Translations under genes and position numbers: made by a program
DNA from: Nitriliruptoraceae bacterium
GTDB lineage: Bacteria; Actinomycetota; Nitriliruptoria; Nitriliruptorales; Nitriliruptoraceae
Length of the DNA stretch: 32,000 nucleotides
Assembly (NCBI GenBank): GCA_050486225.1
Contig: JBJHCV010000002.1
Span: 216,377-248,376 of the forward strand
Reading direction: 5' to 3'
Notes under the pieces: model-generated
What the model was told of the DNA's origin: nothing
Databases searched by the model: none
The model's input: only the letters and a program-made list of their open reading frames with translations
In this document: one piece after another, positions 27,016 to 32,000 of the stretch
Position numbering within the stretch: the first letter of the stretch is position 1
How the letters are laid out: every line of letters begins with the position of its first letter

Positions 27016-28896
27016 TCAGGCCAGCGCCTCGAGCAGCCCACGCCGTCGACGTTCGAGTTCGAGCAGGCGCTGCTGGACCGCGCGCATCTCGTCCGCGTCG
27101 GTGCGGTGGTGGAGTCGCTCGAGTCGGGTGCGCAGATGACCTGCCTCGAGGGTCAGCCGATCAGCGAGCATTCGACGCACGCGCTCCGCCGCGATCGCCG
27201 CGTGCAGGCCGTCGTCAGCGACGCCGCCGTCGGTCGGCGACGACAGGTCCGGGTCGTCCTCGAGCGCGATGGCCCGGATGAGCTGTCGGTCGTCGTCGTC
27301 TGCGGCCGTCGCGAGCACCGCGTCGAGGGACACGCCGGCACCACCCGCGGACGTGATCGCCCGCCACACGGCCCGGGCCCTCGGGTGCGTGAAGTGGTCC
27401 TCCTCGAGTTCGAACCACTCGTCGGGCAGCAGGTCTGCACGCTGGAGTGCGACCCGGAGAACCGCTCGTTCGCGCCGGGCCCGCGACCGGTCGACCGGCC
27501 CGTCGACACGGACGTCGGCCGGGGGCGCCGGGCGCGCGACGCCCTCGTGCGCGTCGATGTCGATGCCCATGCGCCGGGCCGTGCGGGCGACGAAGTCGTA
27601 GGCGACCCCGACGCGGTCGGCCACCTCCGTGCGCGCCCACTCACGGCGCAGGTCCGGGTCGGGTTCACGTCCCACGATCTCGAGCGCGCGCCGCAGCGCA
27701 TCGGTGCGTCCGGACTCCGACGTCAGGTCTGCGTCCGAAAGGCGATGACCCACGACGAACGGCACGATCGCCGTTGCCCGGTCGACGGCCTCGCGCAGGG
27801 CCTCGACTCCGGCCTCCCGGACCAGGTCGGCAGGGTCCGACGTGGCGTCGAGTGGCAGCACCCGCAGGTCCAGGTCGACCCCACGATCCGCCGTGAGTTC
27901 CCGGGCTGCCTCCCAGGCCCGCTCGGCGGCCTTCACCCCTGCCGCGTCCCCGTCGAACGCGAGCACGGCACGGTTCGCGTATCGCCCGAGCATCCGCAGG
28001 TGTTCCGTGCCGACCGCGGTCCCACAGGTGGCGACGGCGTTGGCGAACCCTGCCTGGTGCAGGGCCATCACGTCGGTGTAGCCCTCGCACACCAGCACCT
28101 GCTCGGAGCGCACGATGTCGGCACGCGCCTGGCGCAGCCCGTAGAGCACCCGCGACTTGTGGTACAGCGGCGTCTCTGGCGAGTTGAGGTACTTCGGGGG
28201 GTCGAAGTCCCCGTGGTCGAGACCCGGCAGGATGCGACCACCGAATCCGATGACGTCACCCCCGGGATCGTCGACGGGGAAGATCAGCCTCCCTCGGAAC
28301 CGGTCGCGCAGACGCCCGTGATCGGTCCGCACGGCCAGGCCCACGGTGATCAGGTCCGCGGCGGCGATGTCCTGAGCGGTCAGGGCGTCCGACATCGACG
28401 ACCACTCCATGGGGGCGTAGCCCAGGCCGAACCGGTCCACGTCCTCCCGGCCGAAGCCTCGCGACCGGAGGTACTCGCGCGCCGGGCGACCGGCGTCCGA
28501 CAGCAGGACGCTGGTGTAGTGGTCCCGGGCCGCGGCGGTGACCTCGACCAGGCGTGAGCGTTCCCCGACCGACCGGCGTTCACGCGCCGACAGTTCCTCG
28601 TAGCGCAGCGTGAAGCCGGTGCGGCGCGCGAGCGACTCCACGGCCTCCGGGAACTCGAGCCCCTCGATGCGCATCAGGAAGTCGTAGATGTCCCCGGAGG
28701 CCCCGCACCCGAAGCAGTGGTAGAAGTTGCCCTCGCGCCGCACCGTGAACGACGGGGTGTTCTCCGTGTGGAACGGACACAGACCCTTGAAGGAACTGCC
28801 GGCACGCCGGATCGTGGTGTAGTCACCGGCGACCGTGATGATGTCGGCCTGCTGACGCAGCGCCTCGATGTCGTCCTTGACGATCCGTCCGGCCAC
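27016..28896 (-). CDS. dnaG: DNA primase
   Basis: IVKDDIEALRQQADI...SFKGLCPFHTENTPSFTVRREGNFYHCFGCGASGDIYDFLM (CHC2 zinc finger). TOPRIM region VLVCEGYTDVMALHQAGFANAVATCGTAVG. Confidence 0.97.
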   Translation of the reverse strand: MAGRIVKDDIEALRQQADIITVAGDYTTIRRAGSSFKGLCPFHTENTPSFTVRREGNFYHCFGCGASGDIYDFLMRIEGLEFPEAVESLARRTGFTLRYEELSARERRSVGERSRLVEVTAAARDHYTSVLLSDAGRPAREYLRSRGFGREDVDRFGLGYAPMEWSSMSDALTAQDIAAADLITVGLAVRTDHGRLRDRFRGRLIFPVDDPGGDVIGFGGRILPGLDHGDFDPPKYLNSPETPLYHKSRVLYGLRQARADIVRSEQVLVCEGYTDVMALHQAGFANAVATCGTAVGTEHLRMLGRYANRAVLAFDGDAAGVKAAERAWEAARELTADRGVDLDLRVLPLDATSDPADLVREAGVEALREAVDRATAIVPFVVGHRLSDADLTSESGRTDALRRALEIVGREPDPDLRREWARTEVADRVGVAYDFVARTARRMGIDIDAHEGVARPAPPADVRVDGPVDRSRARRERAVLRVALQRADLLPDEWFELEEDHFTHPRARAVWRAITSAGGAGVSLDAVLATAADDDDRQLIRAIALEDDPDLSSPTDGGVADDGLHAAIAAERVRRMLADRLTLEAGHLRTRLERLHHRTDADEMRAVQQRLLELERRRRGLLEALA

Positions 28897-28934
28897 CTGG
28901 ACCTCCGCGCGACGACGCTACACCCGACCCGCCG

Positions 28935-29369
28935 TCAGGAGGCGACGTTGGCGTCGTCCCAGTCGGGGTCGAGGTCCCGCAGGAACGCGTGCAGCCGCTC
29001 GACCTCTGGCGTCTCTCCGATCTGCTCGGCGGCGCCATGCAGGGCCGCGATGCAGCGCAGCACGCCGCGATTGGCAGGCACCGACCAGCGGACGTACCCG
29101 CGACCTCCCCACCCGGCGGCACGCAGCGCGTCGAGGCCGCGGTGATAGCCGGTCCGGGCGTACGCGTACGACTCGACCGGATCCGTCGCCAGTTCCGCGA
29201 GCGTGGCCCAACCGGCGAGCAGCGTCGGGTGGTCGGCGACGACGGCGGCGACGGCCGCACGACGGTCATCGTCTGACGCACGGGCGGCGCGAGCGAGCGC
29301 CTCGGTCGCGTCGGCGGGCGGTTCACCGAGCACGGTCTCGTGTCGGTCGCTCATCGGAAGGTCCACCAC
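28935..29369 (-). CDS. DUF3151 family protein
   Basis: ESYAYARTGYHRGLDALRAAGWGGRGYVRWSVPANRGVLRCIAALHGAAEQIGE is DUF3151-like. GTG start with an AGGAG SD. Confidence 0.82.
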   Translation of the reverse strand: MVDLPMSDRHETVLGEPPADATEALARAARASDDDRRAAVAAVVADHPTLLAGWATLAELATDPVESYAYARTGYHRGLDALRAAGWGGRGYVRWSVPANRGVLRCIAALHGAAEQIGETPEVERLHAFLRDLDPDWDDANVAS

Positions 29370-29536
29370 GGCGTCTCCTGCTCACGGGTGCGCACCGCGT
29401 CCACGGCACGCCAGTCGGGTCCGACACGCGTCGAGCCCCCACCGCGACGACGATACCGACGACGGCCGGGGGCACGACACGCGATGACTAGATTCGGCGG
29501 GACGACCTCGTCCGTCCCACGTGAGGACCTGCACCG

Positions 29537-31288
29537 GTGAACGAGCCCGTCCGCTACGACGTCGACCTGACCGACCGCCGTCACCACCTGGTGCGGGTGA
29601 GCCTGCGGGTGCCCGACGACCTTGCTGCCGGGGCGCGCGTGGTCATGTCGGCGTGGACGCCGGGCAGCTACGTCATCCGTGACCACGTCCACCACGTCCA
29701 GTCGATCCGGTCGGTCGACGAACGGGGTCCGGTCGCGCTGACGCCCGATGGCACGAACGCCTGGCGCCTGCCCGACGCGGTGGGACCGGACGTGCGCGTC
29801 GAACTCGAGCTCTATGCCAACGACCTGTCCGTGCGCACCAACCACGTCGACGACCAGCACGCGCTGCTCGTCGCCGCCGCGACCTTCCCGTGGGTCGACG
29901 GGGCACGTGATCGCCCGCACGAGGTCCATCTCGTCCCGACCCCGGCAGGCCACCGCGTGTTCTCGCTCCTGCCCGAGGGCGACGCGGCGGACACGTGGGT
30001 CGCCGACGACCTCGACCACCTGATCGACAGTGCCTTCGAGGTGGGCGACCACCGGTACGCGTCGTGGGAGGTCGCTGGGGTCGACCACCGGTTCGTCTGG
30101 GCGGGACCCGGACCGATCCATGGACTCGACGACTTCCTGACCGACGCCGAGGCCATCGCCCGCGAGGCCGTCGCACTGTTCGACGGCGAACTGCCGGCCC
30201 GCCACCACACGACGCTGTGTGTCGCGTGGGACCGCGGCGGCGGTGGACTCGAACACCGGGACGGGGCCGTCCTGCAGGTGCCCGTGCACACGTTCGGCGA
30301 CCCGGCGATGCGGGCGCGCCTGCAGGTCCTGTACGCGCACGAGTACCTGCATCTGTACAACGTGCGGCGCCTCGTCCCCGCGGCCCTGGTCTCCCCCGAT
30401 CTCGAACGTCCGGTGCAGACCGAGTCGCTGTGGGTCGCCGAGGGTTGGACCTCGTACTACGACGAACTGCTCCCGACACGTGCGGGCGCCTGGACGGCCA
30501 CCCAGTGGCTCGACCACCTCGGCAGCGCACTCGACCAGGTGTGGACCACCCCCGGCGTCGAACTGCAGTCGCTCCGACAGGCATCCCGCGACGCGTGGGT
30601 GAAGCACTACGTCCGCGACGAGAACAGCCCGAACGCAGGCACCGACTACTACAACCACGGCGCACTCGTCGCTCTCGAGCTCGACCTGCGCATCCGTGCA
30701 GCCGACCCGACCTCCGCCGGCCTCGACGACGTCCTGCGGCTGCTGTGGGACCGTCACGCGGGCGCACCCGACGGCTACACCGAGGAGGACGTGCTCGCCG
30801 CCCTCGGCGACGTGTCGGGCGAGGGGATTCGCGCGCTGACCATCTCCCGGATCGCGTCGCCCGGGTGGCCCGAGGTGGACGACGAGCTGCTCACCCCGTT
30901 CGGGCTGCGGCTGGAACCGTCGTCGCCGTCGACGCCGGCGGCGCCGGACCTGGGGGTCGTGGTGACCGAGGACGATCGCGGCGTCACCTTCGCAAGTGTC
31001 CTCCGTGACGGGGCGGGGTGGCGGGGTGGACTCACCGGCGGCGACCGACTGGTCGCGATCGACGGGATCACCGTCGCCCGGGGCGAACTGTCCTTCGCAC
31101 TCGCATCCCGGGAGGCCGGCGAGGTCGTGGACGTCGCCGTGGTTCGGGGCCCTCGCCTGCTGACCCTGGCGGTCGAGCTCGACGCTCCGCGACGGCGCCA
31201 CCGGCTCGTGACGGTGAACGCGCCCGACGACGACCAGCGTGCGGCCTTCCGGCGCTGGACCGGCCAGGAGCTGCCGACCGACCGTTGA
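29537..31288 (+). CDS. M61 (glycyl aminopeptidase-like) family metallopeptidase with PDZ domain
   Basis: HEYLHLYNVRRLVPAAL...TESLWVAEGWTSYYDELL (HExxH-like plus Glu). C-terminal PDZ-like GWRGGLTGGDRLVAIDGITVARGELS. GTG start. Confidence 0.93.
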   Translation: MNEPVRYDVDLTDRRHHLVRVSLRVPDDLAAGARVVMSAWTPGSYVIRDHVHHVQSIRSVDERGPVALTPDGTNAWRLPDAVGPDVRVELELYANDLSVRTNHVDDQHALLVAAATFPWVDGARDRPHEVHLVPTPAGHRVFSLLPEGDAADTWVADDLDHLIDSAFEVGDHRYASWEVAGVDHRFVWAGPGPIHGLDDFLTDAEAIAREAVALFDGELPARHHTTLCVAWDRGGGGLEHRDGAVLQVPVHTFGDPAMRARLQVLYAHEYLHLYNVRRLVPAALVSPDLERPVQTESLWVAEGWTSYYDELLPTRAGAWTATQWLDHLGSALDQVWTTPGVELQSLRQASRDAWVKHYVRDENSPNAGTDYYNHGALVALELDLRIRAADPTSAGLDDVLRLLWDRHAGAPDGYTEEDVLAALGDVSGEGIRALTISRIASPGWPEVDDELLTPFGLRLEPSSPSTPAAPDLGVVVTEDDRGVTFASVLRDGAGWRGGLTGGDRLVAIDGITVARGELSFALASREAGEVVDVAVVRGPRLLTLAVELDAPRRRHRLVTVNAPDDDQRAAFRRWTGQELPTDR

Positions 31289-31305
31289 ACGCGGTCGCGT
31301 GACTG

Positions 31306-31336
31306 GAGACCGGCGCGCGACGCGTCAGCCGGTCTC
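31306..31336. terminator. putative bidirectional hairpin between convergent M61 and dienelactone hydrolase genes
   Basis: Perfect 9-bp inverted repeat GAGACCGGC (31306..31314) / GCCGGTCTC (31328..31336), 13-nt loop. Confidence 0.5.
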
Positions 31337-32000
31337 GGCGAGGAACGCCGCGAGTTCGTCGCAGGCCGGAGCCACGTACTCGTCGACGTCGTACAGGTCG
31401 ATGTGCCGGGTCGCCTCCGACCACACCAGACGTCCACCCGCCGCCTCGGCCACGCGTTCTGCGGTGCTCGGCGCGCAGTAGTCGTCCTGGCGCGGGTGCA
31501 CGACCAGCAGGGGCGTCGGCGGCAGCATCGCCGCCCACGATGCCGCGTCGAGGGTGAGCAGGGACTGCAGGGAGCGACGCGTCAGCCGGTTCTCCCAGCC
31601 ATCGGCGGCGCCACGCTCGGTGCCGTAGTACTCGAACGGTTCGTCCCCGCCCATCGCGGCCTCACCTCCGTCCGGCGCGACGGCAGGCAGGTACTCGACC
31701 CGTCCGCTGCGACGTTCCTCGGTGGCCAGTTCCGCGAGTCCCCGCAGGAACTCGTGGTAGCGCTGGGCGCCCATGCCCTGCCGGAACGTCGGTGGGTCGT
31801 TGAAGCACGCGGCGACCGTCGCACACGCGCGCACCCGACGGTCGGTCGCCGCGAACCGCAGGGCGTAGCCACCGCCGAGGCACACGCCGACCACCCCGAG
31901 CCGGTCGGGATCGACCTGCGGGTGCACCGCCAGTTCGGACACGGCGTCGCGCAGGTCCGCGAGCCTTCCCGCCTGGTCCTCGTGCTGTCGCGGCTGGCCC
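31325..32000 (-). CDS. dienelactone hydrolase/alpha-beta hydrolase family protein (N-terminus beyond window end)
   Basis: RLGVVGVCLGGGYALRFAATDRRVRACATVAAC (GxCxGG nucleophile motif), HPRQDDYCAPSTAE (Asp), TRHIDLYD (His). The frame remains open to position 32000. Confidence 0.86.
   Translation of the reverse strand, partial: GQPRQHEDQAGRLADLRDAVSELAVHPQVDPDRLGVVGVCLGGGYALRFAATDRRVRACATVAACFNDPPTFRQGMGAQRYHEFLRGLAELATEERRSGRVEYLPAVAPDGGEAAMGGDEPFEYYGTERGAADGWENRLTRRSLQSLLTLDAASWAAMLPPTPLLVVHPRQDDYCAPSTAERVAEAAGGRLVWSEATRHIDLYDVDEYVAPACDELAAFLAETG

Noticed and set aside
26971-28557. 528-aa plus-strand ORF
   Set aside because: Antisense to dnaG, which is certain.
29351-31201. 616-aa minus-strand ORF
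   Set aside because: Fully antisense to the M61 peptidase, whose motifs are unambiguous.

Overview
The window is a high-GC, densely packed actinobacterial-type chromosomal segment. It looks like core or near-core genome. I see no phage, transposon, CRISPR array, toxin-antitoxin or defence cassette. I support 29 protein-coding genes, two of them cut by the window edges, and one tRNA-Asn(GTT) with encoded CCA. Recognisable genes include ferrochelatase, LCP (LytR-CpsA-Psr) plus low-MW tyrosine phosphatase, IlvE-type aminotransferase, GlcD-type oxidase, YceI, SDR, acyltransferase, a multi-PAS histidine kinase next to TspO, RlmA-like methyltransferase, an Ada/AlkA fusion plus Ogt, a PIG-L deacetylase and an NfeD-ClpP/SPFH pair. 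A DUF3151-dnaG-rpoD cluster, an M61 peptidase and a dienelactone hydrolase complete the set. No complete undescribed system is convincingly visible. The best leads are: (1) a degenerate HTH plus LAGLIDADG-like protein directly downstream of rpoD; (2) an unlisted 45-aa zinc-ribbon ORF overlapping an acyltransferase start; (3) a promoter pattern of TAG-type -10 boxes, with a 12-mer shared by the rpoD and quinone-reductase genes, the latter apparently leaderless; (4) repeated hairpins at convergent gene junctions with both stop codons inside the stem or loop. Many long ORFs in the supplied track are GC-driven shadow ORFs. All family calls come from motif recognition by eye, not database searches.
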